NCBI RefSeq assembly: GCF_054482525.1
Contig: NZ_CM137006.1
Direction: 5' to 3' (one strand)
DNA length: 64,000 nucleotides
Under the pieces are notes generated by a model. It was not told where the DNA came from. It did no database searches and worked only from the letters and a program-made list of their open reading frames with translations. The translations under genes and the position numbers were made by a program. Shown here one piece after another: positions 1 to 14,632 of the stretch (within the stretch, counting starts at the first letter, position 1; the number at the start of each line of letters is the position of its first letter).

Positions 1-620
1 GTGACCCGGACGCTAACCCGCGTCTGCGTGCAGCAATTGATAAAGCATTGTCTAACAACATGACCCGTGACACTCTGAACCGCGCAATCGCACGTGGTGT
101 GGGGGGGGATGATGATGCAAACATGGAAACCATCATCTACGAAGGTTACGGTCCTGGCGGCACGGCAATCATGATTGAATGTCTGTCTGACAACCGCAAC
201 CGTACCGTTGCTGAAGTGCGCCATGCATTCAGTAAATGTGGCGGTAACCTCGGTACTGATGGTTCCGTAGCTTATCTGTTCAGCAAAAAAGGCGTGATCT
301 CCTTCGAGAAAGGCGATGAAGACACCATCATGGAAGCAGCCCTGGAAGCAGGTGCTGAAGACGTTGTGACCTATGATGACGGCGCAATTGATGTCTACAC
401 TGCATGGGAAGAAATGGGTAAAGTGCGCGACGCTCTGGAAGCGGCAGGTCTGAAAGCAGACAGCGCGGAAGTTTCCATGATCCCGTCCACCAAAGCTGAT
501 ATGGATGCAGAAACCGCACCGAAACTGATGCGTCTGATCGATATGCTGGAAGATTGCGACGACGTGCAGGAAGTCTACCATAACGGTGAAATCTCTGATG
601 AGGTTGCAGCGACTCTCTGA
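1..620 (+). CDS. yebC: YebC/PmpR-family transcriptional regulator, 3' portion (5' end lies upstream of window)
   Basis: Open frame runs from window start to TGA at 618-620; translation (…[49 protein letters not shown]…) matches the YebC family; position immediately upstream of ruvC as in E. coli. Confidence 0.9.
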
Positions 621-654
621 TGGGGCCTGCTAAACAGCAAAACGGAGACGCGTG

Positions 655-1176
655 ATGGCTATTATTCTCGGCATTGACCCGGGTTCGCGCGTGACCGGCT
701 ATGGCGTCATCCGCCAGGTAGGCAGGCAATTGTCCTACCTGGGTAGCGGATGCATACGCACCAAAGTGGATGATTTACCGTCTCGTCTGAAGCTCATCTA
801 TGCGGGCGTGACGGAAATCATTACCCAGTTCCAGCCTGATTATTTCGCCATTGAACAAGTCTTTATGGCGAAGAACGCTGACTCAGCCCTGAAACTGGGG
901 CAGGCACGCGGCGTGGCGATTGTGGCGGCGGTGAATCAGGAATTGCCGGTATTTGAATATGCGGCACGTCAGGTAAAGCAAACGGTGGTAGGTATTGGTA
1001 GTGCTGAAAAAAGCCAGGTGCAGCATATGGTCCGCACCTTGCTGAAACTGCCCGCTAATCCACAGGCGGATGCTGCCGATGCATTAGCTATCGCGATTAC
1101 CCATTGTCACGTCAGTCAGAATGCGATGCAGATGAGCGAATCGCGGCTGAACCTGGCGAGAGGGCGACTGCGTTAA
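655..1176 (+). CDS. ruvC: Holliday junction resolvase RuvC
   Basis: ORF 652-1176; ATG at 655 gives [18 protein letters not shown]…, the RuvC N-terminus; 173 aa. Confidence 0.93.
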
Positions 1177-1177
1177 G

Positions 1178-1780
1178 TTATACCGCCTCGGTCAGTTCCG
1201 GCTGAGGCGTTTCCACTCCCTCCGCATGAATCAACACCAAACCCGGATGATGCCACAAACTGGCTGGCGTGACGGTTTTACGCTCCCACGGAATAGAACC
1301 TAAGAACCAGAATTTCCAGAAAGTGAGTTTTGCATTCGGATTGCTATTTAACAATTCTCCAAACGTCTCTATTTCACCCACCGGAATACATAGCGCCTTT
1401 TTATAAATATCAAAAACAAATTTTGAACAGAACTGGCGCGAAGATTCGTATTTAAAACCGGTGTGGTAAAGTTTGCGTAGCCGGGAGGGAACCTGTTCAA
1501 CAATTCGTTGTTTTTGTTGTTCTGTAAGCCCGGCGTCTAATCGCTTTATAGCATAGCGTTGATTAGAAGAACGTTTAATAAAACGAGATAGCGTGGTGAT
1601 GGTTGAAAGGGGAACCCGGCTTTCTGCAACCATGAAGTCTTCACCGTTATGACCGATAATGATCCCGACGTGATTACTCCAGCAATTTGATGCAGCTGAT
1701 ATTTGACCAAATAAGGCAGCACCTATACATGTAAAGACGATATCACCAATTTCATATTCAGCAGGATAATTAATATTCAC
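1178..1780 (-). CDS. yebB: YebB (DUF830-family protein)
   Basis: 200-aa ORF between ruvC and ruvA on the opposite strand; sequence and position match E. coli YebB as recalled. Confidence 0.8.
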   Translation of the reverse strand: MNINYPAEYEIGDIVFTCIGAALFGQISAASNCWSNHVGIIIGHNGEDFMVAESRVPLSTITTLSRFIKRSSNQRYAIKRLDAGLTEQQKQRIVEQVPSRLRKLYHTGFKYESSRQFCSKFVFDIYKKALCIPVGEIETFGELLNSNPNAKLTFWKFWFLGSIPWERKTVTPASLWHHPGLVLIHAEGVETPQPELTEAV

Positions 1781-1987
1781 ATTGTCATTCCATTGAAATA
1801 GATACGAATATACGTAATAGCATAAAAAATTTATTTTTTCAGGAGGCGCAATATGTATTTTTATTACGCATTTCTTCGCTGAATATGTAATATTTAAATA
1901 TTTGCTTCCAATATAACCTGTAGAATAAATTATACTGCGCCATTTTTCAGATCATCGGGACGCCTCGCAAGTTTTCTTCATCCTTCG

Positions 1988-2003
1988 CTGGATATCTATC
2001 CAG
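1988..2003. promoter_or_regulatory. LexA operator (SOS box) upstream of ruvAB
   Basis: CTGGATATCTATCCAG fits the CTG-N10-CAG palindromic LexA consensus; about 50 bp upstream of the ruvA start. Confidence 0.8.
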
Positions 2004-2054
2004 CATTTTTTTATCATACAGCATTATCTTTGATTCATTACGCAGGAGCGTCAT

Positions 2055-2666
2055 GTGATAGGCAGACTCAGAGGCATCATCATTGAAAAACAACCCCCGC
2101 TGGTGTTAATTGAAGTGGGCGGCGTAGGCTATGAAGTGCATATGCCGATGACCTGTTTTTATGAACTCCCTGAAGCGGGTCAGGAAGCGATCGTTTTCAC
2201 CCACTTTGTGGTGCGTGAAGACGCGCAACTGCTGTACGGTTTTAACAATAAACAAGAGCGCACGTTGTTCAAAGAGTTGATCAAAACCAACGGCGTCGGC
2301 CCGAAGTTGGCGCTGGCGATCCTCTCCGGAATGTCAGCGCAGCAGTTCGTTAATGCCGTTGAGCGTGAAGAAGTGGGGGCACTAGTGAAACTGCCGGGTA
2401 TTGGCAAAAAAACCGCCGAACGCTTGATTGTTGAAATGAAAGACCGATTTAAAGGTTTGCATGGCGATCTCTTTACGCCAGCCGCCGACCTGGTACTCAC
2501 ATCACCTGCCAGCCCGGCGACCGACGATGCTGAACAGGAAGCGGTTGCCGCGCTGGTGGCGCTGGGCTATAAACCACAAGAAGCAAGCCGCATGGTGAGC
2601 AAAATCGCTCGCCCTGACGCCAGCAGTGAAACATTAATTCGCGAAGCCCTACGCGCCGCGTTATGA
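2055..2666 (+). CDS. ruvA: Holliday junction branch-migration protein RuvA
   Basis: 203-aa ORF with GTG start; [31 protein letters not shown]… is the RuvA N-terminus. Confidence 0.93.
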   Translation: MIGRLRGIIIEKQPPLVLIEVGGVGYEVHMPMTCFYELPEAGQEAIVFTHFVVREDAQLLYGFNNKQERTLFKELIKTNGVGPKLALAILSGMSAQQFVNAVEREEVGALVKLPGIGKKTAERLIVEMKDRFKGLHGDLFTPAADLVLTSPASPATDDAEQEAVAALVALGYKPQEASRMVSKIARPDASSETLIREALRAAL

Positions 2667-2671
2667 GGTAA

Positions 2672-3685
<1,014 letters not shown>

Positions 3686-3689
3686 GTCG

Positions 3690-3830
3690 GATCGGTCGCT
3701 CGCGGCGCATCCGACACTGGCAGTGTTGCCTGATGCGCCGCTATTCGCGTCTTATCAGGCATATACCAGAGATAGCGAACCATAGGTCGGATAAGGCGCT
3801 CGCGCCGCATCCGACAAATGTGTTCAGCGA
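3690..3830. repeat. REP/BIME palindromic-unit cluster in the ruvB-znuB intergenic region
   Basis: Repeated GCCTGATGCGCCGC / GGTCGGATAAGGCGCTCGCGCCGCATCCGACA type imperfect palindromes typical of enterobacterial REP elements. Confidence 0.7.
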
Positions 3831-3834
3831 AAGA

Positions 3835-4620
3835 TTAGCTGGCCTGTTTTTTCATCATACTGAGAATAAATAACAGTGCCGCGCATAGCACCACCGACGG
3901 GCCTGCTGGTGTATCGTAAAATGCGGAAAAGGTTAAACCGCCAGTCACTGCCACCATTCCCACCAAAACAGCGACACCTGCCATCTGTTCCGGCGTGCGG
4001 GCAAAGCGACGTGCAGTAGCAGCAGGAATAATCAGCAACGAAGTAATAATCAACGCGCCGACAAATTTCATCGCTACACCAATCGTCAATGCCGTCACCA
4101 GCATCAACAACAATTTCACGCGCTGTAATTTCACACCATCAACAAACGCCAGATCCGGGCTAATCGTCATCGACAGCAAATTGCGCCATTGCCAGAACAA
4201 AATCGCCACCACGATGACCACGCCAATTGCAATAGAGATGAGATCTTCTGGCGTCACTGCCAGCAAATCACCGAACAGGTAAGCCATCAAATCAACACGA
4301 ATATTAGACATCAGACTAACGACCACCAGGCCCAGCGACAGGGCACTGTGCGCCATAATCCCTAATAACGTGTCGATCGCCAGCTGTGGACGCTTCTCCA
4401 GCCATACCAGACCGCCCGCCAGCAGCAGCGTAACTGCAATCACCGCATAGAATGGATTCACGTCCAGCAACAAACCAAACGCGACACCAAGTAATGAGGC
4501 ATGGGCCAGCGTATCACCGAAATAAGACATACGACGCCAGACCACAAACGAACCCAGCGGACCCGCGGCACAGGCGAGCATGATCCCGGCTAACCAACCG
4601 GGAAATAATAATTCAATCAT
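3835..4620 (-). CDS. znuB: Zinc ABC transporter permease ZnuB
   Basis: 261-aa hydrophobic ORF; 4-bp overlap with the ATPase gene upstream; matches ZnuB. Confidence 0.9.
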   Translation of the reverse strand: MIELLFPGWLAGIMLACAAGPLGSFVVWRRMSYFGDTLAHASLLGVAFGLLLDVNPFYAVIAVTLLLAGGLVWLEKRPQLAIDTLLGIMAHSALSLGLVVVSLMSNIRVDLMAYLFGDLLAVTPEDLISIAIGVVIVVAILFWQWRNLLSMTISPDLAFVDGVKLQRVKLLLMLVTALTIGVAMKFVGALIITSLLIIPAATARRFARTPEQMAGVAVLVGMVAVTGGLTFSAFYDTPAGPSVVLCAALLFILSMMKKQAS

Positions 4621-5372
4621 GAGCGATCATTTCCCCGACGCAAAACAATTCGTCCCTGTAAATCGTGACGATGATTATGATGATGGCGATAGATACCCAT
4701 TTGTTCAGCACCACGAGGACCAAACATAGAAATAAACTCCGGATGCAGGGAAACAACTTCCGGTGTACCGGAACAACAAATGTGGTGATTCAGGCAAAGC
4801 ACTTCATCGGTTTTTGCCATTACCAGATGCAGATCGTGAGAGACCATTAAAACGCCACAATCCAGTTCGCGACGCAACTGGTCAATAAGGTCATATAACG
4901 CCACCTGACCATTCACATCCACGCCCTGAGTGGGTTCATCCAGCACTAATAATTGCGGTCGATTTAACAATGCTCGCGCTAACAATACACGCTGTGTTTC
5001 GCCACCCGAGAGCTTTTGCATCGGTGCGTTAATCAGATGCCCGGCCTGGACACGTTTCAGTGCAGGCAAAATATCTTCTTTATGTGTGCCAGGGCGTAAG
5101 CGTAAAAAACGGTGTACGGTCAGTGGCAACGTGGTGTCGAGATACAGCTTCTGCGGTACATAGCCGATGCGCAGTTTTCCGTTGCGCTTGATAACCCCTT
5201 CATCGGGTGTTACCAGCCCGAGCACTACCCGTACCAGTGTCGACTTACCTGCGCCATTTGGCCCAAGTAAAGTCAAAATTTTTCCAGGTTTAAGTTCCAG
5301 CGACACATCAGAGAGGACGCGGCGTTGGCCAAAAGAAACCGAGACATTTTCCAGGGAAACCAGACTTGTCAT
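4617..5372 (-). CDS. znuC: Zinc ABC transporter ATP-binding protein ZnuC
   Basis: 251-aa ORF; Walker [13 protein letters not shown] signature LSGGETQR, Walker B LLVLDEP. Confidence 0.93.
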   Translation of the reverse strand: MTSLVSLENVSVSFGQRRVLSDVSLELKPGKILTLLGPNGAGKSTLVRVVLGLVTPDEGVIKRNGKLRIGYVPQKLYLDTTLPLTVHRFLRLRPGTHKEDILPALKRVQAGHLINAPMQKLSGGETQRVLLARALLNRPQLLVLDEPTQGVDVNGQVALYDLIDQLRRELDCGVLMVSHDLHLVMAKTDEVLCLNHHICCSGTPEVVSLHPEFISMFGPRGAEQMGIYRHHHNHRHDLQGRIVLRRGNDRS

Positions 5373-5396
5373 GTTAATTTTAGTCTTGCAGTAGTC

Positions 5397-5419
5397 ATGA
5401 AATGTTATAATATCACACT
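5397..5419. promoter_or_regulatory. Zur box in the divergent znuA / znuCB promoter region
   Basis: TGAAATGTTATAATATCACACTT, an AT-rich palindrome resembling the Zur operator consensus, sits between the divergent znuC and znuA starts. Confidence 0.7.
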
Positions 5420-5450
5420 TCTCATATTCATTACGATGATTGGTCGCATT

Positions 5451-6383
5451 ATGTTACATAAAAAAACGCTTCTTTTCGCAGCATTATCCGCCGCTCTCTG
5501 GGGCGGTGCAACACAGGCCGCAGATGCTGCCGTTGTCGCTTCGCTTAAACCCGTTGGGTTCATCGCTTCTGCCATTGCTGATGGGGTAACAGAAACGGAG
5601 GTTTTACTACCTGACGGCGCTTCAGAACATGATTATTCACTGCGTCCATCAGATGTAAAACGCTTACAGAACGCGGACTTAGTCGTTTGGGTTGGCCCGG
5701 AGATGGAAGCGTTCATGCAAAAACCGGTAAGTAAATTACCTGAAGCGAAACAGGTAACGATTGCGCAGCTAGAGAATGTGAAACCGCTGCTGATGAAAAG
5801 TATTCACGGCGATGATGATGATCACGACCACGCGGAAAAAAGTGACGAAGATCACCATCACGGCGATTTCAACATGCATCTTTGGCTTTCCCCAGAGATA
5901 GCGCGGGCTACAGCGGTTGCAATCCATGGAAAATTAGTGGAACTTATGCCGCAAAGTCGAGCCAAACTTGACGCCAACTTGAAGGATTTTGAGGCACAAT
6001 TAGCCTCAACCGAAAAGCAGGTTGGTAACGAGCTCGCGCCGCTCAAGGGGAAAGGTTATTTCGTTTTTCACGATGCTTACGGCTATTTCGAAAAACAGTT
6101 CGGACTGACACCGCTTGGTCATTTTACCGTTAACCCTGAGATTCAACCTGGCGCGCAGCGTTTACATGAAATAAGAACACAGTTGGTTGAGCAAAAAGCA
6201 ACCTGCGTTTTTGCTGAGCCACAGTTCAGGCCAGCGGTCGTTGAGAGCGTCGCACGAGGGACATCCGTTCGTATGGGAACGTTGGATCCCCTGGGGACGA
6301 ATATCAAACTGGGTAAAACAAGCTATTCAGAATTCCTGAATCAATTAGCCAACCAGTATGCGAGCTGCCTGAAAGGAGATTAA
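5451..6383 (+). CDS. znuA: Periplasmic zinc-binding protein ZnuA
   Basis: ATG at 5451 gives [23 protein letters not shown] (signal peptide); His/Asp-rich loop [19 protein letters not shown] typical of ZnuA; the track ORF 5325-6383 is an in-frame upstream extension. Confidence 0.9.
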   Translation: MLHKKTLLFAALSAALWGGATQAADAAVVASLKPVGFIASAIADGVTETEVLLPDGASEHDYSLRPSDVKRLQNADLVVWVGPEMEAFMQKPVSKLPEAKQVTIAQLENVKPLLMKSIHGDDDDHDHAEKSDEDHHHGDFNMHLWLSPEIARATAVAIHGKLVELMPQSRAKLDANLKDFEAQLASTEKQVGNELAPLKGKGYFVFHDAYGYFEKQFGLTPLGHFTVNPEIQPGAQRLHEIRTQLVEQKATCVFAEPQFRPAVVESVARGTSVRMGTLDPLGTNIKLGKTSYSEFLNQLANQYASCLKGD

Positions 6384-6398
6384 TGAGGAAGTGATTAC

Positions 6399-7721
6399 GT
6401 GCAACAGATAGCCCGCTCTGTCGCCCTGGCGTTTAATAATTTACCGCGACCACACCGCGTTATGTTGGGGGCGCTCACCGTTCTTACTCTGGCCGTCGCT
6501 GTCTGGCGGCCCTATGTTTATCACCGCGATGCCACGCCAATTGTCAAAACCATTGAGCTGGAACAGAACGAAATTCGTTCGCTCTTACCTGAAGCCAGTG
6601 AGCCGATTGATCAAGCTGCACAAGAAGATGAAGCCATTCCCCAGGATGAACTGGATGACAAAATCGCCGGTGAAGCGGGCGTGCATGAATATGTTGTTTC
6701 CACTGGCGATACGCTAAGCAGCATTCTCAATCAGTATGGTATTGATATGGGTGATATCACCCAACTGGCTGCTGCCGACAAAGAATTGCGTAACCTGAAA
6801 ATCGGTCAACAACTCTCCTGGACATTAACCGCGGACGGCGAACTGCAGCGCCTCACCTGGGAAGTGTCTCGTCGTGAAACCCGAACCTATGACCGTACTG
6901 CCGCTAACGGTTTTAAAATGACCAGCGAAATGCAGCAAGGAGAGTGGGTCAACAATCTGCTGAAAGGTACCGTCGGGGGAAGCTTTGTTGCCAGCGCCAG
7001 AAACGCCGGTTTAACCAGCGCCGAAGTGAGCGCAGTGATTAAAGCCATGCAGTGGCAAATGGATTTCCGCAAACTGAAAAAAGGCGATGAATTTGCGGTG
7101 TTAATGTCACGAGAAATGCTTGATGGTAAACGTGAGCAAAGCCAGCTGCTGGGCGTACGTTTGCGTTCAGAAGGTAAAGATTATTACGCAATCCGCGCTG
7201 AAGATGGCAAATTCTACGATCGTAACGGTACTGGTCTGGCGAAAGGATTCTTGCGATTCCCGACGGCGAAACAGTTCCGTATCTCATCTAACTTTAACCC
7301 GCGTCGTACTAATCCGGTGACCGGTCGCGTTGCGCCACACAGAGGTGTTGATTTCGCAATGCCACAAGGTACGCCAGTGCTTTCAGTGGGTGACGGTGAA
7401 GTGGTGGTTGCCAAACGCAGTGGCGCAGCAGGTTATTATGTGGCTATTCGTCATGGTCGCAGCTACACCACGCGTTATATGCACTTGCGCAAGATTCTGG
7501 TGAAACCGGGACAGAAGGTGAAACGTGGCGACCGTATCGCGCTTTCCGGTAATACCGGACGTTCAACCGGGCCGCATCTGCACTATGAAGTATGGATAAA
7601 CCAGCAGGCCGTAAACCCGCTGACGGCAAAACTGCCGCGTACCGAAGGGCTGACCGGCTCCGATCGTCGCGAATTCCTGGCGCAGGCCAAAGAGATTGTG
7701 CCGCAGCTACGGTTTGATTAA
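6399..7721 (+). CDS. mepM: Murein DD-endopeptidase MepM (LysM + M23 peptidase)
   Basis: 440-aa ORF; C-terminal M23 motifs (HRGVDFA…, [15 protein letters not shown]); position downstream of znuA as for yebA/mepM. Confidence 0.9.
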   Translation: MQQIARSVALAFNNLPRPHRVMLGALTVLTLAVAVWRPYVYHRDATPIVKTIELEQNEIRSLLPEASEPIDQAAQEDEAIPQDELDDKIAGEAGVHEYVVSTGDTLSSILNQYGIDMGDITQLAAADKELRNLKIGQQLSWTLTADGELQRLTWEVSRRETRTYDRTAANGFKMTSEMQQGEWVNNLLKGTVGGSFVASARNAGLTSAEVSAVIKAMQWQMDFRKLKKGDEFAVLMSREMLDGKREQSQLLGVRLRSEGKDYYAIRAEDGKFYDRNGTGLAKGFLRFPTAKQFRISSNFNPRRTNPVTGRVAPHRGVDFAMPQGTPVLSVGDGEVVVAKRSGAAGYYVAIRHGRSYTTRYMHLRKILVKPGQKVKRGDRIALSGNTGRSTGPHLHYEVWINQQAVNPLTAKLPRTEGLTGSDRREFLAQAKEIVPQLRFD

Positions 7722-7840
7722 TTAACATCCATTCGCAGCCGGTACGCAGTCAGTACCGGCTTTTTTTATTTGGTGCGGGGCAAGTTGCGCCGCTACACTA
7801 TCACCAGATTGATTTTTGCCTTATCCGAAACTGGAAAAGC

Positions 7841-8812
7841 ATGGAAACGAAAAAAAATAATAGCGAATACATTCCTGAGTTTGATAAATCCTTTCGCCAC
7901 CCGCGCTACTGGGGAGCATGGCTGGGCGTAGCAGCGATGGCGGGTATCGCTTTAACGCCGCCAAAGTTTCGCGACCCCATTCTGGCACGGCTGGGACGTT
8001 TTGCCGGACGCCTGGGAAAAAGCTCACGCCGTCGTGCGTTAATCAATTTGTCGCTCTGCTTTCCAGAACGTAGTGAAGCTGAACGCGAAGCGATTGTTGA
8101 TGAGATGTTTGCCACCGCGCCGCAAGCGATGGCAATGATGGCTGAGTTGGCAATACGCGGGCCGGAGAAAATTCAGCCGCGCGTTGACTGGCAAGGGCTG
8201 GAGATTATCGAAGAGATGCGACGTAATAACGAGAAAGTGATCTTTCTGGTGCCGCACGGTTGGGCCGTCGATATTCCTGCCATGCTGATGGCCTCGCAAG
8301 GGCAGAAAATGGCAGCGATGTTCCATAATCAGGGCAACCCGGTTTTTGATTATGTCTGGAACACGGTGCGTCGTCGTTTTGGCGGTCGTCTGCATGCGAG
8401 AAATGATGGTATTAAACCATTCATCCAGTCGGTACGTCAGGGCTACTGGGGATATTATTTACCCGATCAGGATCATGGCCCAGAGCACAGCGAATTTGTT
8501 GATTTCTTTGCCACCTATAAAGCGACGTTGCCCGCGATTGGTCGTTTGATGAAAGTGTGTCGTGCGCGCGTTGTACCGCTGTTTCCGATTTATGATGGCA
8601 AGACGCATCGCCTGACGATTCAGGTGCGCCCACCGATGGATGATCTGTTAGAGGCGGATGACCATACGATTGCGCGGCGGATGAATGAAGAAGTCGAGAT
8701 TTTTGTTGGTCCGCGACCAGAACAATACACCTGGATATTAAAATTGCTGAAAACTCGCAAACCGGGCGAAATCCAACCGTACAAGCGCAAAGATCTTTAT
8801 CCCATCAAATAA
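7841..8812 (+). CDS. lpxM: Lipid A biosynthesis myristoyltransferase LpxM (MsbB)
   Basis: 323-aa [30 protein letters not shown]…; lauroyl/myristoyl acyltransferase family; matches LpxM. Confidence 0.9.
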
Positions 8813-8964
8813 AAAAAGCCTCTCGCGAGGAGAGGCTTCCGCCGTGTGATAAGTTCAAGTTTGCTTCAGAAGATTCGAAATCTGTTGAACTATCATTGAA
8901 CTGTAGGCCGGATGAGGCGTTTTGAACTGCACCCCAAATGTTGGACATAATCTGACATCTGAAG

Positions 8965-9495
8965 GTGCAGTTTATGAAACATTCATTTGAAGTAAAACTT
9001 GCCGCTGTAAATCACTACCTGGCTGGTCATGCAGGCATCATTTCTACGGCAAAACTCTTTCAACTTTCTCACACCAGCCTCTCACACTGGATTAATCTTT
9101 TTCTTCTTCACGGTCCTCGGGCACTGGATTGCAGACACAAGCGTAGCTATTCTCCTGAAGATAAACTTTGCGTGGTTCTTTATGCTCTCGGGCATTCTGA
9201 GTCTCTACCCCGGGTAGCTGCCCGGTTTAACATTCCCAGCCACAACACGGTTAAAAACTGGATAAAAGGCTACCGCAAATCTGGTAATGAGGCCTTTATC
9301 AGGCGCAGGAAGGAGAAAAGCATGACCCGTTCTGATGATACCCATGAAAACGAGGCAAACATGACGCCGGAAGAGATGAAGAATGAGCTGCGTTATCTTC
9401 GCGCAGAAAATGCATATCTGAAAGCCATGCAGGAGCATCTCCTGGAAAAAAAGCGCCAGGAGCTGGAGAAAAAACGAAAGTCATCCGGAGCCTGA
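8965..9495 (+). CDS. IS3-family transposase OrfA (HTH DNA-binding, leucine-zipper region)
   Basis: 176-aa ORF; N-terminal region resembles IS150-group OrfA; contains the slippery heptamer A_AAA_AAG at 9447-9453 in frame. Confidence 0.85.
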   Translation: MQFMKHSFEVKLAAVNHYLAGHAGIISTAKLFQLSHTSLSHWINLFLLHGPRALDCRHKRSYSPEDKLCVVLYALGHSESLPRVAARFNIPSHNTVKNWIKGYRKSGNEAFIRRRKEKSMTRSDDTHENEANMTPEEMKNELRYLRAENAYLKAMQEHLLEKKRQELEKKRKSSGA

Positions 9496-9599
9496 GGTGC
9501 GGACACTGCCAGTCTGACCTGTTAAAGGCTGCAGGGCTGGCCAGAAGCACGCTGTACTACCAGCTGTCACTGCAGAAGGCTAAGGACAAGTATGCTGAT

Positions 9600-10354
<755 letters not shown>

Positions 10355-10379
10355 GTTTTCGCCGCATCCGGCAACGTAC

Positions 10380-11822
10380 TTACTCTACCGTTAAAATACG
10401 CGTGGTATTAGTAGAACCCACGGTACTCATCACGTCGCCCTGGGTGACAATCACCAGGTCACCAGACATCAAGTAACCTTTATCGCGCAGCAGATTAACC
10501 GCTTCGCTGGCAGCTGCTACGCCGTCATTAGCGCTATCAAAGTGCACCGGCGTAACGCCGCGATAGAGAGCAGTCAGGTTCAGCGTACGTTCATGGCGTG
10601 ACATGGCGAAAATTGGCAGACCAGAGCTGATACGGGAGGTCATCAGCGCCGTACGACCCGATTCGGTCATGGTGATGATCGCCGTAACGCCTTTCAGGTG
10701 GTTAGCCGCGTACATTGCTGACATGGCGATAGCTTCTTCCACATTGTCGAACTGAACGTCCAGACGGTGTTTAGAAACGTTGATGCTCGGGATTTTTTCC
10801 GCACCCAGGCAAACGCGCGCCATGGCTGCAACAGTTTCTGAAGGATACTGACCAGCAGCAGTTTCTGCAGAAAGCATCACAGCGTCAGTACCATCCAGAA
10901 CGGCGTTTGCTACGTCCATGACTTCTGCACGCGTCGGCATCGGGTTAGTAATCATTGACTCCATCATCTGGGTCGCCGTGATTACTGCGCGGTTAAGCTG
11001 ACGCGCACGACGGATCAACGCTTTCTGAATGCCGACCAGTTCCGGGTCGCCAATTTCCACACCGAGGTCGCCACGTGCAACCATTACCACGTCAGAGGCG
11101 AGGATGATGTCATCCATTGCATCCTGGCTGCAAACGGCTTCCGCACGTTCAACCTTGGCAACAATTTTCGCATCACAGCCTGCATCGCGTGCCAGGCGAC
11201 GGGCATAGTTCAGATCTTCGCCGCAGCGTGGGAAGGAGACAGCCAGGTAATCTACGCCAATTAACGCCGCAGTCTTAATGTCTGCTTTGTCTTTTTCGGT
11301 CAGCGCTTCAGCCGACAAACCGCCGCCAAGTTTGTTGATACCTTTATTGTTGGAGAGGGGACCACCGACGGTCACTTCGGTGAACACTTTCATGCCCTGA
11401 ACTTCCAGTACTTTTAACTGAACGCGACCATCGTCCAGCAGCAGGATGTCACCAGGCACGACGTCAGCAGGCAGGCCTTTGTAGTCGATACCGACTTTTT
11501 CTTTGTCGCCTTCACCTTTACCCAGGTTGGCGTCGAGCAGGAATTTATCCCCAATATTGAGGAAAACTTTGCCTTCTTTAAAGGTGGATACACGGATTTT
11601 GGGCCCCTGGAGGTCACCCAGAATAGCCACATGACGCCCCAGTTTTGCGGCAATCTCACGAACTTTATCCGCGCGCATTTTGTGATCTTCAGGCGAGCCG
11701 TGAGAAAAGTTCATACGTACAACGTTTGCACCCGCTGCGATAACTTTTTCAAGGTTATTATCGCGATCTGTTGCTGGGCCTAACGTGGTAACGATTTTAG
11801 TTCTGCGAAGCCTTCTGGACAT
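10380..11822 (-). CDS. pykA: Pyruvate kinase II
   Basis: ATG (complement 11820-11822) gives [43 protein letters not shown]…; 480 aa; the track ORF is an in-frame upstream extension. Confidence 0.93.
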
Positions 11823-11949
11823 GTAATACTCCGTTGACTGAAACAACCAGGTGTTGCTTGAACATGAAATCCGAATGAAATAACGCCGCGATGGCGATAA
11901 ATTAATCTCATTCGGATGTCGTATAAGATTAGGACAGTGACAGTCGTTT

Positions 11950-12819
11950 TTAGCGATCGTCACTTAAATTAAGTAACTGCTTATCAAAACGCGATTCCTT
12001 CAGCGCTTCCTTGACCCGCTTCAAGTTATCTCTGAATTTTGCACCGCGTCGCAAAGTAAATCCTGTCGCCAGCACATCTATCACGGTCAGCTGCGCAAGT
12101 CGAGAAACCATGGGCATATAAATGTCAGTATCTTCCGGTACGTCGAGGGTAATTGCCAGCGTTGCTTCCCGGGCGAGCGGGGTACCCGCAGAGGTGAGGG
12201 CAATCACCATGGCGTCGTTTTCGCGTGCCAGCTGCGCCAGCTCGACCAGATTTTTTGTTCTTCCCGTGTGAGAAATCAGCACCACCACGTCTCCGTCGCT
12301 ACAATTCATACAACTCATGCGTTGCAGCACAATATCATCGGAGTACACCACCGGAACATTAAAACGAAAGAACTTATTCATCGCATCGTGGGCAACGGCG
12401 GCTGAAGAGCCTAATCCGAAAAAGGCGATTTTTTTTGCCTGAGTGAGCAAGTCGACGGCGCGGTTGATGGCAGATTTATCCAGTGAATGACGGACATGAT
12501 CGAGCGTTGCCATTGCGGACTCAAATATTTTCCCCGTGTATGATTCAACGCTGTCATCTTCATTGACGTTGCGATTAACATAGGGAGTGCCATTCGCCAG
12601 ACTTTGTGCCAGATGAAGTTTAAAATCAGGAAAACCGCGCGTATCCATGCTGCGACAGAAACGATTCACCGTCGGTTCGCTAACATTGGCTTCCAGCGCC
12701 AGAGCAGCAATACTCGAATGGATCGCGTTATCGGGAGAAGCCAGAATGACCTCGGCAACTTTGCGCTCTGATTTGCTCAAATGTTCCAGCTGAGACTGGA
12801 TTTTTTCCAGCATATTCAT
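11950..12819 (-). CDS. hexR: RpiR-family transcriptional regulator HexR
   Basis: 289-aa ORF with N-terminal HTH and C-terminal SIS domain; divergent from zwf as in E. coli. Confidence 0.9.
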
Positions 12820-13156
12820 GATGTAAAGAGACTCACGGGTAATGACGATTTCCGCACTGAAAGAAATCGAAATGCAGTTTTGTCAGATATTACGCCTGTG
12901 TGCTGTGTTAATGACAAAAGCAGATAAAAAAGTTGTTATTTTTTTTCATAACATGATCAGTGTCAGATTTTTACCCAATGGAAAACGATGATTTTTTTAT
13001 CAGTTTTGCCGCACTTTGCGCGCTTTTACCGTAATCGCACGGGTGGATAAGCGTTTACAGTTTTCGCAAGCTCGTAAAAGCAGTACAGTGCACCGTAAGA
13101 AAATTACAAGTATACCCTGGCTTAAGTACCGGGATAGTTAACTTAAGGAGAATGAC

Positions 13157-14632
13157 ATGGCGGTAACGCAAACAGCCCAGGCCTGTGACCTGGTCATTTT
13201 CGGCGCGAAAGGCGACCTTGCGCGTCGTAAATTGCTGCCTTCCCTGTATCAACTGGAAAAAGCCGGTCAGCTCAACCCGGACACCCGGATTATCGGCGTA
13301 GGGCGTGCTGACTGGGATAAAGCGGCTTATACCAAAGTTGTCCGCGAGGCGCTCGAAACTTTCATGAAAGAAACCATTGATGAAGGTTTATGGGACACCC
13401 TGAGTGCACGTCTGGATTTTTGTAATCTCGATGTCAATGACACTGCTGCATTCAGCCGTCTCGGCGCGATGCTGGATCAAAAAAATCGTATCACCATTAA
13501 CTACTTTGCCATGCCGCCCAGCACTTTTGGCGCAATTTGCAAAGGGCTTGGCGAGGCAAAACTGAATGCTAAACCGGCACGCGTAGTCATGGAGAAACCG
13601 CTGGGGACGTCGCTGGCGACCTCGCAGGAAATCAATGATCAGGTTGGCGAATACTTCGAGGAGTGCCAGGTTTACCGTATCGACCACTATCTTGGTAAAG
13701 AAACGGTGCTGAACCTGTTGGCGCTGCGTTTTGCTAACTCCCTGTTTGTGAATAACTGGGACAATCGCACCATTGATCATGTTGAGATTACCGTGGCAGA
13801 AGAAGTGGGGATCGAAGGGCGCTGGGGCTATTTTGATAAAGCCGGTCAGATGCGCGACATGATCCAGAACCACCTGCTGCAAATTCTTTGCATGATTGCG
13901 ATGTCTCCGCCGTCTGACCTGAGTGCAGACAGCATCCGCGATGAAAAAGTGAAAGTACTGAAGTCTCTGCGCCGCATTGACCGCTCCAACGTGCGCGAAA
14001 AAACCGTACGCGGGCAATATACTGCGGGCTTCGCCCAGGGCAAAAAAGTGCCGGGATATCTGGAAGAAGAGGGCGCGAACAAGAGCAGCAATACAGAAAC
14101 CTTCGTGGCGATCCGCGTCGACATTGATAACTGGCGCTGGGCCGGTGTGCCATTCTACCTGCGTACTGGTAAACGTCTGCCGACCAAATGTTCTGAAGTC
14201 GTGGTCTATTTCAAAACACCTGAACTGAATCTGTTTAAAGAGTCGTGGCAGGATCTACCGCAAAATAAACTGACTATCCGTCTGCAACCTGATGAAGGCG
14301 TGGATATCCAGGTACTGAATAAAGTTCCTGGCCTTGACCACAAACATAACCTGCAAATCACCAAGCTGGACCTGAGCTATTCAGAAACCTTTAATCAGAC
14401 GCATCTGGCGGATGCCTATGAACGTCTGCTGCTGGAAACCATGCGTGGTATTCAGGCACTGTTTGTTCGTCGTGATGAAGTGGAAGAAGCCTGGAAATGG
14501 GTAGACTCCATTACTGAGGCGTGGGCGATGGACAATGATGCGCCGAAACCGTATCAGGCCGGAACCTGGGGACCCGTTGCCTCGGTGGCAATGATTACCC
14601 GTGATGGTCGTTCCTGGAATGAGTTTGAGTAA
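13157..14632 (+). CDS. zwf: Glucose-6-phosphate 1-dehydrogenase
   Basis: 491-aa ORF; [33 protein letters not shown]…; G6PD active-site region RIDHYLGKE. Confidence 0.95.
   Translation: MAVTQTAQACDLVIFGAKGDLARRKLLPSLYQLEKAGQLNPDTRIIGVGRADWDKAAYTKVVREALETFMKETIDEGLWDTLSARLDFCNLDVNDTAAFSRLGAMLDQKNRITINYFAMPPSTFGAICKGLGEAKLNAKPARVVMEKPLGTSLATSQEINDQVGEYFEECQVYRIDHYLGKETVLNLLALRFANSLFVNNWDNRTIDHVEITVAEEVGIEGRWGYFDKAGQMRDMIQNHLLQILCMIAMSPPSDLSADSIRDEKVKVLKSLRRIDRSNVREKTVRGQYTAGFAQGKKVPGYLEEEGANKSSNTETFVAIRVDIDNWRWAGVPFYLRTGKRLPTKCSEVVVYFKTPELNLFKESWQDLPQNKLTIRLQPDEGVDIQVLNKVPGLDHKHNLQITKLDLSYSETFNQTHLADAYERLLLETMRGIQALFVRRDEVEEAWKWVDSITEAWAMDNDAPKPYQAGTWGPVASVAMITRDGRSWNEFE

Noticed and set aside
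5325-5450. In-frame N-terminal extensions in the ORF track (znuA here; also pykA, prc, msrC, mntP, holE, exoX, letB, yebW, yoaB, yoaC, pdeD, fadD)
   Set aside because: The extensions lack signal-peptide or conserved N-terminal sequence and in several cases overlap the upstream gene or regulatory sites; internal starts reproduce the known protein N-termini and lengths.
8817-8838. Hairpin AGCCTCTCGCGAGGAGAGGCT after lpxM, considered as the IS left inverted repeat
   Set aside because: It lies about 85 bp outside the TG…CA terminus, has no partner at the other end, and is better explained as the native terminator hairpin shared by the convergent lpxM/pykA region (A-run and T-run on the respective strands).
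13388-14017. 209-aa minus-strand ORF
   Set aside because: Lies entirely antisense within zwf, whose product is an unambiguous glucose-6-phosphate dehydrogenase; no independent start context; a shadow ORF.
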